Source: Candidatus Thorarchaeota archaeon
Lineage (GTDB): Archaea > Asgardarchaeota > Thorarchaeia > Thorarchaeales > Thorarchaeaceae
Length of the DNA stretch: 64,000 nucleotides
Assembly: GCA_048884965.1 (NCBI GenBank)
Contig: JBHLQH010000001.1
Span: forward strand, 64,001-128,000
Direction of reading: 5' to 3'
A model generated the notes under the pieces. It did no database searches, was not told the origin of the DNA, and saw only the letters and a program-made list of their open reading frames with translations. This document shows positions 30,524 to 40,091 of the stretch, one piece after another. The translations under genes were made by a program, and so were the position numbers. The number at the start of each line of letters is the position of its first letter. Positions within the stretch are counted from its first letter, which is position 1.

Positions 30524-31897
30524 ATGAGAATGATGAGCTCGAGGAAGTTATTGATAGGCATTATCTTGGCTGGTTTGATCGCTTCAGGTCTTGTCATAGC
30601 CTTACAAATGGCTACGCTAGAACCTCCGGTGGAAACTGATGCTCCTCCCATACTATCTATCTCAGCACCCTTGGAACGTACTGTTATTTCAGGCGTTGTA
30701 GTCTTCGATGTAACAATCACCGACGAGGAGAATCTAACGGCGGATGTTTATATAAACGGTGAATTTCGGGCATCTTCAAATGACTATGCGTGGGACACAT
30801 CCCTAGACCCAGACGGACGCCACACTGTTCGGGTATTCGTGCAAGACAGCTCTGGGCAATCTGACAGCGACCATTTCGAAGTAAGCATCAATAATGTAGA
30901 AGAGCGACCCTCCTTTGATGGATTATTGAAGATAATGGCCTACAACATCAAAGAGTCTGGACTCAATGATGATTGGATAGAGATTATAAAACAGGAGAAT
31001 CCAGATATCGCGGTGCTTGTAGAAACTGGCACCTTTGATGACACTTCAAATGAGCTTCTAAACGCAGCTACAAGTGAATTGAATGCCTATTTCGAGGATG
31101 AATCTCCGTATGATGCATACACCGCTCAAAACGTCATTTATTCCACAACTGGTGAGGCGATACTCAGCAGATTCCCTGTGACTGCCTTCAACCAGATTGA
31201 TTTTGCTTCTCTTGATGATGGAACCAGATACTATGTCACTCATGATTTCATAGAAGCTGTGCTAGATATCAACGGAACCGACGTTCATGTCTTTGGTGCT
31301 CACCTGAAAGCTTCAGGAGGTGAGGCCAATCAAGAACGAAGGGAGGCTGAGATGGAAGGAATCCTCAACTATATTGATGAACTCGGGAATGTCCCTGTTC
31401 TTTACATGGGCGACCAGAACTCCTTTTCTCCAGATGACAATGGATCTTTAGCTCCATCCACAACGATGCTTCTTGGTTATGGTCCTATGACAATGCTGCT
31501 GTATCCAGATGACCCAAATTACGGAATCTATGCCTCCAAGTTGCATAACTTCACGGATGTTTTTCGCGAATTGAACCCCGAAGACCCCGGTTACACATTT
31601 GGAGGTCAAGACGGGACTCCCTATATGAGGATAGACTATATCATCGCCAATTCATTCTTTGATGGAATGTTCCTCAACTGCTCCGTAGTTGATGGTTCAG
31701 TTGCTGATTCAGCATCCGATCATTATGCTGTCACTGCTTGGCTGAATTTCTCATATGGCATCAATGAGAATCCTAGTTTGCAGGATGTGCTTAGTGAGGT
31801 CTCAGCTCATGTGTTTGGTCATTGCAATGATTATTCAAATCCTGACTCTGTTTCAATAGATGTCTTAGTCTGTCTACCTGCCGAAAAGAAGGGTTAG
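30524..31897 (+). CDS. Membrane-anchored endonuclease/exonuclease/phosphatase (EEP) family protein with an Ig-like domain
   Basis: N-terminal TM, Ig-like segment (WDTSLDPDGRHTV) and EEP motifs MAYNI, PDIAVLVE, AHL, MGDQN, RIDYI and SDHYAV. Confidence 0.9.
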   Translation: MRMMSSRKLLIGIILAGLIASGLVIALQMATLEPPVETDAPPILSISAPLERTVISGVVVFDVTITDEENLTADVYINGEFRASSNDYAWDTSLDPDGRHTVRVFVQDSSGQSDSDHFEVSINNVEERPSFDGLLKIMAYNIKESGLNDDWIEIIKQENPDIAVLVETGTFDDTSNELLNAATSELNAYFEDESPYDAYTAQNVIYSTTGEAILSRFPVTAFNQIDFASLDDGTRYYVTHDFIEAVLDINGTDVHVFGAHLKASGGEANQERREAEMEGILNYIDELGNVPVLYMGDQNSFSPDDNGSLAPSTTMLLGYGPMTMLLYPDDPNYGIYASKLHNFTDVFRELNPEDPGYTFGGQDGTPYMRIDYIIANSFFDGMFLNCSVVDGSVADSASDHYAVTAWLNFSYGINENPSLQDVLSEVSAHVFGHCNDYSNPDSVSIDVLVCLPAEKKG

Positions 31898-31928
31898 GAG
31901 CTTTTGAAGCCCCTTGTATTATTATAGT

Positions 31929-32753
31929 CTAATTATCTGAAGGGGCTCTGACCATGTAATGATCCACGATATTCTTCTTCCTGACAAGCGGGATAAGAAG
32001 AATAGCTAGAGTGATCACAATCGCGGTACCAAACGCTGCGAAACTGATCAATGGTGCGCCAATTTGCTTCACTCCAATTCCAACAGTAGCCCATATCACT
32101 ACTAGTCCATATGCGAAATCCTTCCTAAGTAGAAGCATCAGTAGGGTGATTAGCAATGCTATAATGATGACCAGAGCTGTCCATATTTCTTGTACTCCTA
32201 CAGGTATTCCTGCGATTGCAACATTTAGCACGGATGCTGTGTTAGCTATTGATGCCAATGATACCCACCCTACATACACACTGATTGGTAGATGTACTCC
32301 GAGTTTCTCTGAGAGAGGTACTTCTTTGAATCCGATTCCAAGCTTGACGTAGGTAAAGAGACCGATGATTAGGAATGCAAAGATCAGTACTGGAGTAACC
32401 AGATACAATGTCACATCAGTATATGCTAAGTGGAAGAGATACAGCCAGATTGTGTTAATGATTCCGCCTATGATGTAGAAGAAGGCTGTCCACTTGAGGT
32501 AAGGCTTATCCCTCTGACTAGACCTTACTTGGAATAAGACTGTCACAATGAGGAGAGTGTAGATGACACTCCAGATGGCGAAGACATACCCTGGGGGAGT
32601 AAACAGGCTTGGATAGAAGTCTGATATCTGACCAGATGTCGCTCCATTCACAGGGATAGCTTCAATCAGTCCATTGAGAACTATGGTGACTACAATGGAT
32701 AGTGCTATTGCAATTTGTAGTAATAACGAATTAGATTCTTGATTCATCTCCAA
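31929..32753 (-). CDS. TspO/MBR-like tryptophan-rich sensory membrane protein
   Basis: Motifs ISDFYPSLFTPPGYVFAIWSVIY, N..WL..F, SVYVGWVSLASIAN and VIIWA. Confidence 0.75.
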   Translation of the reverse strand: MEMNQESNSLLLQIAIALSIVVTIVLNGLIEAIPVNGATSGQISDFYPSLFTPPGYVFAIWSVIYTLLIVTVLFQVRSSQRDKPYLKWTAFFYIIGGIINTIWLYLFHLAYTDVTLYLVTPVLIFAFLIIGLFTYVKLGIGFKEVPLSEKLGVHLPISVYVGWVSLASIANTASVLNVAIAGIPVGVQEIWTALVIIIALLITLLMLLLRKDFAYGLVVIWATVGIGVKQIGAPLISFAAFGTAIVITLAILLIPLVRKKNIVDHYMVRAPSDN

Positions 32754-33035
32754 TCACTTCAACGATTTTATTACAGAATATTAACAATAGTTAATAAGAT
32801 TATCCCTATAGAATAGAATGCATACTGATATGTGAAATACTTGGGACTGTTTCAAAGAATGCTTATATACGTGCCAAAATGGACTTTAATTTCATTATAA
32901 TTAGCTCTCAAACCGTCTTTTTTCAATTGCATACCCATTATTCTTTCAAAGAGTGATTATCTTTCAGATTCTGCAGGATTTGGCATCAGTGTGGTAGTTC
33001 ATAGAATACACTGATTGTAAGGAGAGAGAGAATAA

Positions 33036-33494
33036 TTGAGAACACTCACAATCCTGTTTGGATTTCTTGTTCTTGTTTTGATGATACCTTCAGCTCAGGC
33101 GATATCGCCTGAAAATTCCTTTGCATCAACAATTGCAATTGAAGAGCCTGAGGTTGTCGTTGACGTTAAACCCGATACGCTCAATCTTATGAGTAAAGGT
33201 CGGTACATCATGTGCTATATCACACCATCTGAGGGATACGATGCTCGAGATATCGACATTTCAACAATTGTCCTTGAAGGAGTATCTGCCCTACCATATA
33301 GGTACGGATTCATCGATATCAATGAAGATGGAATTTGTGAGCTAATGGTGAAGTTCGATAGGAATGCAATCATCAGTGTGCTTCCATTTGAAAGATGCGA
33401 TGACTATCTTATGCACATCATGGGTAGCTATAACGACGGGATTGCCTTCAGGGGTACAGACCTGATTGATATCACCTATTCCGGACGTAGGTGA
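33036..33494 (+). CDS. Secreted hypothetical protein (KPDTLNL..KGRYI.CYI beta-domain)
   Basis: Signal peptide present. Its stop overlaps the next gene's GTG start. Confidence 0.7.
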   Translation: MRTLTILFGFLVLVLMIPSAQAISPENSFASTIAIEEPEVVVDVKPDTLNLMSKGRYIMCYITPSEGYDARDIDISTIVLEGVSALPYRYGFIDINEDGICELMVKFDRNAIISVLPFERCDDYLMHIMGSYNDGIAFRGTDLIDITYSGRR

Positions 33495-34375
33495 AAACAA
33501 TGAAACATGGTCGCTTAATGCTGCTTTCATTCCTATTACTTTCCTCTATGCTACTAACAGCAACACCTCGAGTTTCAGCTGACCCTTTAGAACGGGCTGT
33601 AGATCTTGGCCCTCAGGACTTCATGATTTCAGTAACAGAGGCGAGCTATGGCCAGTCAGTGTCACAGAAATCAGTGCATTGGGCTGTAGTTGTTGGGATC
33701 AGTGACTACAAAGCGATTGGTGATTTGCGGTTCTGTGACGATGATGCGAATGATTGGTATGCATATCTAACCGTCCTAGGATATGAGAATATCATTGTCC
33801 TTGGTGATCACACAAATATCTACACTCAGTATGATGGTCTGGCAACCGAGTATAATGTAAAGAATGCACTCCGGTATGTCGTCGAGAATGCTGGCATAAA
33901 AGACACCATAGCGTTCATCTCATCTGGTCATGGATCTGGAGATAGCAGAGGTTCTAGCCTTCTTTGCATGTGGGATATCACCGCTGGAGAAGATGGCGAG
34001 GATGGATATCTTTGGGACTATGAGGTCGCTTCGATCCTGCAATATGCCCAATCTGAAAGCATCTTTGTCTTTCTTGATCACTGCTTTGCAGGTGGGTTTG
34101 GGGACGACCTGATGGCTATGCCCAACTCAGATAACATATATGCTGCAGTGACCTGCGATATCATGGGCATGGGTTGGGATGCGGGTGAATACAACAACGG
34201 GTTGTGGACCTACTTCTTCTTGGAGTATACCCTCATTGGAGTCTTTGAATTCGATCCACGTCTTGATATGGAGACAGCATTTCTCGTTGCAGAATCGGTC
34301 TATCCATACCGTGGAGGAGCTCATCATCCTCAGGAATACGATGGCAATCCCACTGATCTATTCACAATATGGTAG
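33491..34375 (+). CDS. Secreted caspase-family (clan CD, C14/metacaspase-like) protease
   Basis: WAVVVGISDY..LRFCDDDA, catalytic His in SSGHG, catalytic Cys in FLDHCFAGG, NGLWTY; N-terminal signal peptide. Confidence 0.85.
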   Translation: MKTMKHGRLMLLSFLLLSSMLLTATPRVSADPLERAVDLGPQDFMISVTEASYGQSVSQKSVHWAVVVGISDYKAIGDLRFCDDDANDWYAYLTVLGYENIIVLGDHTNIYTQYDGLATEYNVKNALRYVVENAGIKDTIAFISSGHGSGDSRGSSLLCMWDITAGEDGEDGYLWDYEVASILQYAQSESIFVFLDHCFAGGFGDDLMAMPNSDNIYAAVTCDIMGMGWDAGEYNNGLWTYFFLEYTLIGVFEFDPRLDMETAFLVAESVYPYRGGAHHPQEYDGNPTDLFTIW

Positions 34376-34477
34376 GCCAACCTGAACGCAAGATAGCAAA
34401 GCATTGTACTGGGAGTACATAGGCAGAGCTCAATCCTCTGCTTTGTATAGGGAGACAGCTCTCATTACTCCCAGCTT

Positions 34478-34520
34478 TTGTTAAATACTAGTTTGCTGGA
34501 TAAAGCACAATCGGGTGGTT
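34478..34520 (+). promoter_or_regulatory. Promoter and SD shared with the paralog at 36253
   Basis: TTGTTAAATAC-w-AGTTTG and TCGGGTGGTT occur at identical spacing to the ATG in both paralogs (offset 1730 bp). Confidence 0.6.
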
Positions 34521-34522
34521 TG

Positions 34523-35032
34523 ATGAAGAACATATGGAACTGTATCTCCTGCCTAGGTATCCTGCTGCTAATAGTAGGGGCTGGAATGGCAGCACTCTTC
34601 ACTGTTGCGTATTTCTATATCCTGAATGTACTTGGACAAACCTTTGATGATGGAGGAGCTCAGGTCTTCTCACTGATCACCACTGGGGTGATTATTGCAA
34701 TTATCGGTGCGGTATTCACAACCTATCAATTTTCTAAAGCCCGAAAATGGAACAATCTTGTCAGGTTCGCCAAGATGAAGGGCGAAATAACAATGCAAGA
34801 GGCTGCCGAGCATGTAGGCGTTACGCCTGAGAAGGCGAAAGCGATCATCTATGAGGCAGTTGGAGAAGGAGAATTGACTGGTACAATTGCTGGTGACACC
34901 TTTACAAGGGGACAACCTGCCGTTATCACACGAGTTTCAGAGACCCAGAAGGTACTGATAGTTTGTCCCTATTGCGGAGCCAAGAACGAACAAGGAATGC
35001 CACGATGTCATAATTGCAACAATGCACTATGA
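34523..35032 (+). CDS. 2-TM membrane protein with a PCI-like winged helix and a C-terminal zinc ribbon (paralog 1)
   Basis: Two TMs; ITMQEAAEHVGVTPEKAKAIIYEAVGEGELTGTI; CPYCGAKNEQGMPRCHNC. Start set at 34523 from the SD and the paralog. Confidence 0.8.
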   Translation: MKNIWNCISCLGILLLIVGAGMAALFTVAYFYILNVLGQTFDDGGAQVFSLITTGVIIAIIGAVFTTYQFSKARKWNNLVRFAKMKGEITMQEAAEHVGVTPEKAKAIIYEAVGEGELTGTIAGDTFTRGQPAVITRVSETQKVLIVCPYCGAKNEQGMPRCHNCNNAL

Positions 35033-35063
35033 CCCATGCTTACTGCATGTGATTCATTGTCCA

Positions 35064-35993
35064 TTACAAGCAAGAAGATTCTATCAATTCAAGCAGTATC
35101 CTTCGTCTTAGACCATCATAAGATCGGGTCTTTGTTGCAACATGAGAAACCACTGCAGTCACAAAATCTGCTTGACGAATTGCTCTGGTGATCGATTCGA
35201 CCTCACCCATGGCTGGTACCACAAAATATGCTAATATCATAGGTTCAATTGTCGATTCAAAGACCTCCCAGAGTTCCACAGGGAATGTTTCCATCAGCCA
35301 GTTGGTGCATCTGCTATGCTCTGATTTCGATTGGTCATATTTTATCAAAGCGGAAAAGTGGGTGCCGGTCGAAACCTCTGGATTCCATTTGAGGGTGAAT
35401 CTAACGCCACCATGCTCCATGATTTCCTTCAGAGCTCTTCTAACTGTCCGCGACGAAAGATTTGCTGCCAAGGCTATCTCGTTTATTGGCATCTTCGGAT
35501 CATTAATCAGCGGTTTCAATATTCTAAAATGCAATTTCTTTAGCTCAGAATCGCTCATTGGAGGAGCAAGCGAAGTGTACAATATCAAGGGATGGATTTC
35601 AACATTGAGCACTCCTTTCTGAGCTCGTATCAAACGAGTAATCCTTGACATGTCTTCTGCAGTTATATAATCAGCAAAAACTGCATAGTAGCCACCAGCA
35701 TGAGGAGTGACATCCAAAATATATTCACTACTTCCCAAGGCATTTGAGAATTCTTCTTCATCGCGGGTGCCATCTGTTAGTATCCAAGCTAGCAAGGAAT
35801 GAGCATCGATCATTGTATATGTCAATTCAATTGTATAGTAATCGATAACACCGGAATCTTCTAGTTTTCCTATCCGTTTTCTAACTGCATTAGCTGTAAT
35901 TCCTGTCTTTTGTGCCAATTCATGATATGACATCCTACAATTGCCTGCAAGTTCGTAGATGATTTGCTTATCCAGCTTATCCAGTTTGGGCAC
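35064..35993 (-). CDS. Tandem double Lrp/AsnC-type transcriptional regulator
   Basis: Two HTH units: LDKLDKQIIYELAGNCRMSYHELA...AVRKRI and LKKLHFRILKPLINDPKMPINEIA...RTVRRAL. Confidence 0.88.
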   Translation of the reverse strand: MPKLDKLDKQIIYELAGNCRMSYHELAQKTGITANAVRKRIGKLEDSGVIDYYTIELTYTMIDAHSLLAWILTDGTRDEEEFSNALGSSEYILDVTPHAGGYYAVFADYITAEDMSRITRLIRAQKGVLNVEIHPLILYTSLAPPMSDSELKKLHFRILKPLINDPKMPINEIALAANLSSRTVRRALKEIMEHGGVRFTLKWNPEVSTGTHFSALIKYDQSKSEHSRCTNWLMETFPVELWEVFESTIEPMILAYFVVPAMGEVESITRAIRQADFVTAVVSHVATKTRSYDGLRRRILLELIESSCL

Positions 35994-36207
35994 CTTCCAT
36001 AAGAATGGTGCAATTTCAGTGAAAAAGGTACTGATAGTCTATCTCTTGCGGAGCGAGGAATGAGATAAGGAATCAAACATCGTATTCGTGAGAGAAAAGA
36101 GTCAGAGATGAGAAGTGTACACTACTATATGGTGGGTGAAAGATTTCAGGGATTTGCTTGACTCAAAACACAATTCAAAAGGTCAATAAATCATATGAAA
36201 GTCAAGC

Positions 36208-36250
36208 TTGTTAAATACAAGTTTGTCCATTTAGTAGCATTCGGGTGGTT
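36208..36250 (+). promoter_or_regulatory. Second copy of the paralog promoter and SD
   Basis: TTGTTAAATACAAGTTTG (36208-36225) and TCGGGTGGTT (36241-36250). Confidence 0.6.
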
Positions 36251-36252
36251 AT

Positions 36253-36750
36253 ATGAAGAGTTCCTGCAATTGTGTTGTATGCCTTGGATTCTTACTTATT
36301 GCGGGTGGTGGAATCGCAGCGCTATATGCTGCGCCACTCCTCTTTCAAGAGAATGCTTGGCTGAGTCTTTTTGGTGGGGATGATACACTACTTGTCTTGC
36401 TAGTTGGCATAGTCGTGGCGATAGTAGGTCTTTCATTGGTCTATTCAGGTTTCGCTTCTGCAAAGAATTGGAACCGAGTGGTCGCTATCGCAAAATCCCA
36501 GAACCAGATCACTCTAAAGGAGATTAGTGTCAAATCCGGAATTCCGATTGACAAGGTGTCAGGCATTGTGTATGATGCAATCGGAAGTGGAGAACTCAGC
36601 GGTACGATTCAGGGGGACACATTCAACAATTCACGACCCGCTGCAATGACCCATGCGACTGAGGCGAAGGTGCTCGTTATCTGTCCTTATTGTGGGGCAA
36701 AGACTGAGCAAGGTTTAGCCAAGTGTCAGAAATGCGGTGCATCTCTCTAG
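36253..36750 (+). CDS. 2-TM membrane protein with a PCI-like winged helix and a zinc ribbon (paralog 2)
   Basis: ITLKEISVKSGIPIDKVSGIVYDAIGSGELSGTIQGDTF and KVLVICPYCGAKTEQGLAKCQKC; colinear with 34523-35032. Confidence 0.82.
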   Translation: MKSSCNCVVCLGFLLIAGGGIAALYAAPLLFQENAWLSLFGGDDTLLVLLVGIVVAIVGLSLVYSGFASAKNWNRVVAIAKSQNQITLKEISVKSGIPIDKVSGIVYDAIGSGELSGTIQGDTFNNSRPAAMTHATEAKVLVICPYCGAKTEQGLAKCQKCGASL

Positions 36751-36826
36751 TGAGCTAGCAATCACCTTCCACTCATTGGCCTGTTCAAGTGGAACAATAC
36801 CACTCTGAGTAAGAATTCATTGGTAA

Positions 36827-36871
36827 GTAACCTATAAGTACAGGAAGTCGAAGCCGTTCCCTAGATAATTC
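36827..36871 (+). repeat. 45-bp direct repeat, copy 1 (contains the TATA-like CCTATAAG)
   Basis: GTAACCTATAAGTACAGGAAGTCGAAGCCGTTCCCTAGATAATTC; 42/45 identical to 38044-38088. Confidence 0.9.
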
Positions 36872-36903
36872 GATACTACATTGAGAATTGTGGATGTGAG
36901 AAG

Positions 36904-37869
36904 ATGGGGAATGACTTAGATGCTATCATGACCGAAGCTGATGCGCTACTTGAATCAGGGCGTGCAGAGGAAGCTGAAGCAAAGCTTCGTCAGGTGATAA
37001 AGAAGGATAAGAAGAACTCTAGAGCATGGTTCAATCTGGCTGGAATATTGGTTGCAAGGGGAATTTACAAGGATGCTTTAGAAGCATTCGAAGCATGTTT
37101 GAAAGTCGACAAGAAGAATGGGATGTGTTGGGGCCAATACGCAACAGTTCTGAAACATATGGGTAAATACAAGGACGCTGAGAAAGCATTCAAAGAAGCA
37201 GTAAAGAATGACCCGGATCATCCGAGTGTATTCTTCAATTATGCGAATTTTCTTAGAGAGCAGAAGCATCTCAAGGAAGCTGTTGAGATGTATAAGAAAG
37301 CAATCAAAATGGCTCCTGATAACGGCAACTACTGGAATAATCTGGGTTTCACATATGAGTTCCTGAATGATTATGGCTCAGCTGAAGAAACGTTCAAGAA
37401 AGCAATTGAGCTCGATTCTACTTTGAGTGGGGCTTGGAGAGAACTTGGTGCACTTCGGGCCTCAAGAGGGGAAAAGGAATCAGCTTTTGATGCAATGTCT
37501 CGTTGCTCAGAGTTAGATCCTGATGATGAGATAAACTGGTATAACCGAGGTCTCACCGCGTTGAACTTGGGAAATGTGCAAGCTGCTTTCAATTCATTTC
37601 TAAAAGTAATCCAGCTAGATACTAGGAAGTTCGAAGCTTTCTCATATCTGGGCCTCCTCTATTTCATTGATGGGAATCTGACATTTGCTAAACGTAACAT
37701 TGACCGTTCTCTAGAGCTAAATCCCAGCTATCAACCTTCACGTAACGTACGGATAGAAATGACTCAGATAATATCTAATGACCAATTTGGTCATACACAG
37801 ATTGGTGATAGAGATTATATCAATGACCGCGATGGTAATAGGACCAAGTACTTCTACGTTATCGAGTAG
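36904..37869 (+). CDS. Tetratricopeptide repeat protein (~8 TPRs)
   Basis: Repeated W.NLG/A...A...A...DP 34-aa units. Confidence 0.9.
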   Translation: MGNDLDAIMTEADALLESGRAEEAEAKLRQVIKKDKKNSRAWFNLAGILVARGIYKDALEAFEACLKVDKKNGMCWGQYATVLKHMGKYKDAEKAFKEAVKNDPDHPSVFFNYANFLREQKHLKEAVEMYKKAIKMAPDNGNYWNNLGFTYEFLNDYGSAEETFKKAIELDSTLSGAWRELGALRASRGEKESAFDAMSRCSELDPDDEINWYNRGLTALNLGNVQAAFNSFLKVIQLDTRKFEAFSYLGLLYFIDGNLTFAKRNIDRSLELNPSYQPSRNVRIEMTQIISNDQFGHTQIGDRDYINDRDGNRTKYFYVIE

Positions 37870-38043
37870 AGATAGAACTCCTAAGGGGACAGGAAGTAGA
37901 GGCCAAAGAATGCATGGAAAATGAGAATAAAACCCCATCTCTCCTTGGGAACGACATTTCAAAGCATTTGCCTCCGGAAAGATGCTCGAAACTGCGCATC
38001 AGTTACCGATTTGCTCTAGAACATAAGATGATTTGGATTTGAG

Positions 38044-38088
38044 GTAACCTATAAGTAGAGGAAGTCGAAGCCGTACCTTAGATAATTC
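38044..38088 (+). repeat. 45-bp direct repeat, copy 2, upstream of the thiolase-fold gene
   Basis: GTAACCTATAAGTAGAGGAAGTCGAAGCCGTACCTTAGATAATTC. Confidence 0.9.
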
Positions 38089-38136
38089 AACTCCTTTCCG
38101 CTTGTTGGGGAGGAGTAGAAAGGAAAGGATGACACA

Positions 38137-39414
38137 ATGAGTCGTAAAGTTTGTATCGCAGGCGGTGCGGTAACTCCTTTCGACTACCCCATGCATATCA
38201 CCCCAGAGGGTATGATTGCTAACTGTATTGTTGAAACTCAGCATGATATTCCTGATTTCAGCTTGAGAGACCTCCAATTTATGGTCTATTCTCATTTCTC
38301 AGTACACTTTGGCAAGCAGCTCTGTCCGGAGTGGATCGTTCACGATCACTTGGGTCTAGTCGGTCTACCGCATGTGCGAATCGAGAACGGTGGCAACACA
38401 GGTGGTTCTGCACTCTATGGTGCGTTCCTCGCTGTGAAGTCTGGCCTGTTCGACGTAGTTGGAGTCGCTGGTTGGGAAACCATGGACAATGTAACCCAAT
38501 CTCAGGGTTCTGAGTTCATCGCGCTCGCATCAGACACCCGCTACGAGGCACTCGCCGGCGGAATCTACCCAATCTACTATGCAGCTATGGCATACAAGTT
38601 CATGAAGGAGAACAACCTCACAGAGGAGGACTTCGCCATGGCCGCGATGAAGAATCGTAACTATGCAGCTGACAATGAGAAATCTCAGTGGTATCGAAGC
38701 GACTATACCAATCCTGACTCCCCCTACTACAAGAAGACCTTGGAAATTCAGGATGTTATTGATAGTCGACTTATCAGCTATCCACTGAAGCGTCTTGACT
38801 GTTGTTTGATGAGCCGTGGTGGTGCGTTCGCCCTCGTTACCAGTGAGGAGTGGGCAAAGAAGCACGCTCCGAACAACTATGTCGTCATCGATGGTGCCGG
38901 TCTTAGCAGCTGTACCATCCGTGCCGGTGACCGTATTGACTTCCCAGGATGGAACGAGCAATACGGCAAGGGCTACCCAGACATGACTGAGTTCGCAGCT
39001 TGCAGGAAGTCTGGAGAGGTCGCCTACGACATGGCTGGTATCGAGTACAAGAAGGCCGCCAAGGAGATCGACGTCGCTGAGATCCACGATGCTTTCAGCT
39101 CTTCTGAAGTGCAAATCTATAAGGCCCTCCACTGGTGCGACAAGGAGAACATGAGGGAGTTTATCCGCGACAAGCAGACCTTCCTCGATGGTGAGGTCCC
39201 GACAAATATCGGCGGCGGTCTTATGGGCTATGGTCACCCAGTCGGTGCCACAGGAATCATGTCCGCTATCGAGTGTATGTATCACTTGAACGACACCGCT
39301 CCTAAGAAGCACTTGAGCTCACAGACCTATGTCAAGGACGCGAACACAGGTCTTGTCAACAGTCACGCAGGTACTGGAACCAGTATCTCGAACTTCATTC
39401 TCAGGAGGCCATAA
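38137..39414 (+). CDS. SCP-x-type thiolase-fold protein (archaeal PRK06365-like) lacking the N-terminal nucleophilic Cys
   Basis: Motifs RIENGGNTGG, EFIALASDT, PL.RLDCC.MS.GG, EIHDAF, GHPVGATG and SHAGTG. Confidence 0.88.
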   Translation: MSRKVCIAGGAVTPFDYPMHITPEGMIANCIVETQHDIPDFSLRDLQFMVYSHFSVHFGKQLCPEWIVHDHLGLVGLPHVRIENGGNTGGSALYGAFLAVKSGLFDVVGVAGWETMDNVTQSQGSEFIALASDTRYEALAGGIYPIYYAAMAYKFMKENNLTEEDFAMAAMKNRNYAADNEKSQWYRSDYTNPDSPYYKKTLEIQDVIDSRLISYPLKRLDCCLMSRGGAFALVTSEEWAKKHAPNNYVVIDGAGLSSCTIRAGDRIDFPGWNEQYGKGYPDMTEFAACRKSGEVAYDMAGIEYKKAAKEIDVAEIHDAFSSSEVQIYKALHWCDKENMREFIRDKQTFLDGEVPTNIGGGLMGYGHPVGATGIMSAIECMYHLNDTAPKKHLSSQTYVKDANTGLVNSHAGTGTSISNFILRRP

Positions 39415-39416
39415 TC

Positions 39417-40079
39417 ATGGTGGAAGATAAGCGATTGCACAAGATTCCCCTTCGTGTGAAGTGGGATGTCAAGAAGTCTGATAAGTTCCGAGGTAATGTC
39501 AAGGAAACAGGTATTGGCTTCATGGGCTATGATTATGACACCGAAACCGACCAGTTCAAAGTCTATCTCCACTACGACCAGTTGTACTACTGGAAGTATG
39601 CAGAGGTATCCAAGCTTGGTAAGGGATTCGTTGATGGTAAGTTCATGGGAACCAAATGTCCCAAGTGTGGTGACAAATTCTTCCCGCCCCGTGTGAACTG
39701 CTGGAATCTTGATTGCAATATGGAACGCAGCGATTGGATCGAACTCAGGCAAGAAGGAATCGTCCACACCTGGACCATCGCTGGATGGAGTGGCAAGTCC
39801 TCATTGAAGAGGCTACCATTCGTGCTTGCATATGTCGTAGTTGACGGTTGCAAGACAGCTATCGCAAACGAGCTTCGAGGAATCGATCCTTGGGACACCG
39901 AGTTCGGTATGCCTGTCAAGGTTGTTTGGAAACCCGAGGACGAGCGACAAGGCACTGTTACGGATTGGCACTTTGAGCCTGCTGATGGCTGGAAACCCAC
40001 AGTAGGTATGACCCCCGAGAAGGAGCGCATGAAGGAGCTTTGTGCCCCTGTTATCGAATGGGTCAAGTCAATGAAATAG
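39417..40079 (+). CDS. DUF35 zinc-ribbon/OB-fold acyl-CoA-binding protein (thiolase partner)
   Basis: GTKCPKCGDKFFPPRVNC, G.VHTWT, PFVLAYV and GMPVKVVW. Starts 2 bp after the thiolase-fold gene. Confidence 0.92.
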   Translation: MVEDKRLHKIPLRVKWDVKKSDKFRGNVKETGIGFMGYDYDTETDQFKVYLHYDQLYYWKYAEVSKLGKGFVDGKFMGTKCPKCGDKFFPPRVNCWNLDCNMERSDWIELRQEGIVHTWTIAGWSGKSSLKRLPFVLAYVVVDGCKTAIANELRGIDPWDTEFGMPVKVVWKPEDERQGTVTDWHFEPADGWKPTVGMTPEKERMKELCAPVIEWVKSMK

Positions 40080-40091
40080 TCTGATATATTG

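Noticed and set aside
36827-38088. 45-bp repeats as a CRISPR array or IS ends
   Set aside because: There are only two direct copies, 1.2 kb apart, with no spacers and no cas, transposase or integrase gene in the window.
38530-39312. 260-aa antisense ORF over the thiolase-fold gene (also 39587-40066 over DUF35 and 41667-42323 over the 1460-aa gene)
   Set aside because: These are shadow ORFs expected from codon bias in well-supported opposite-strand genes; they have no recognisable motifs.
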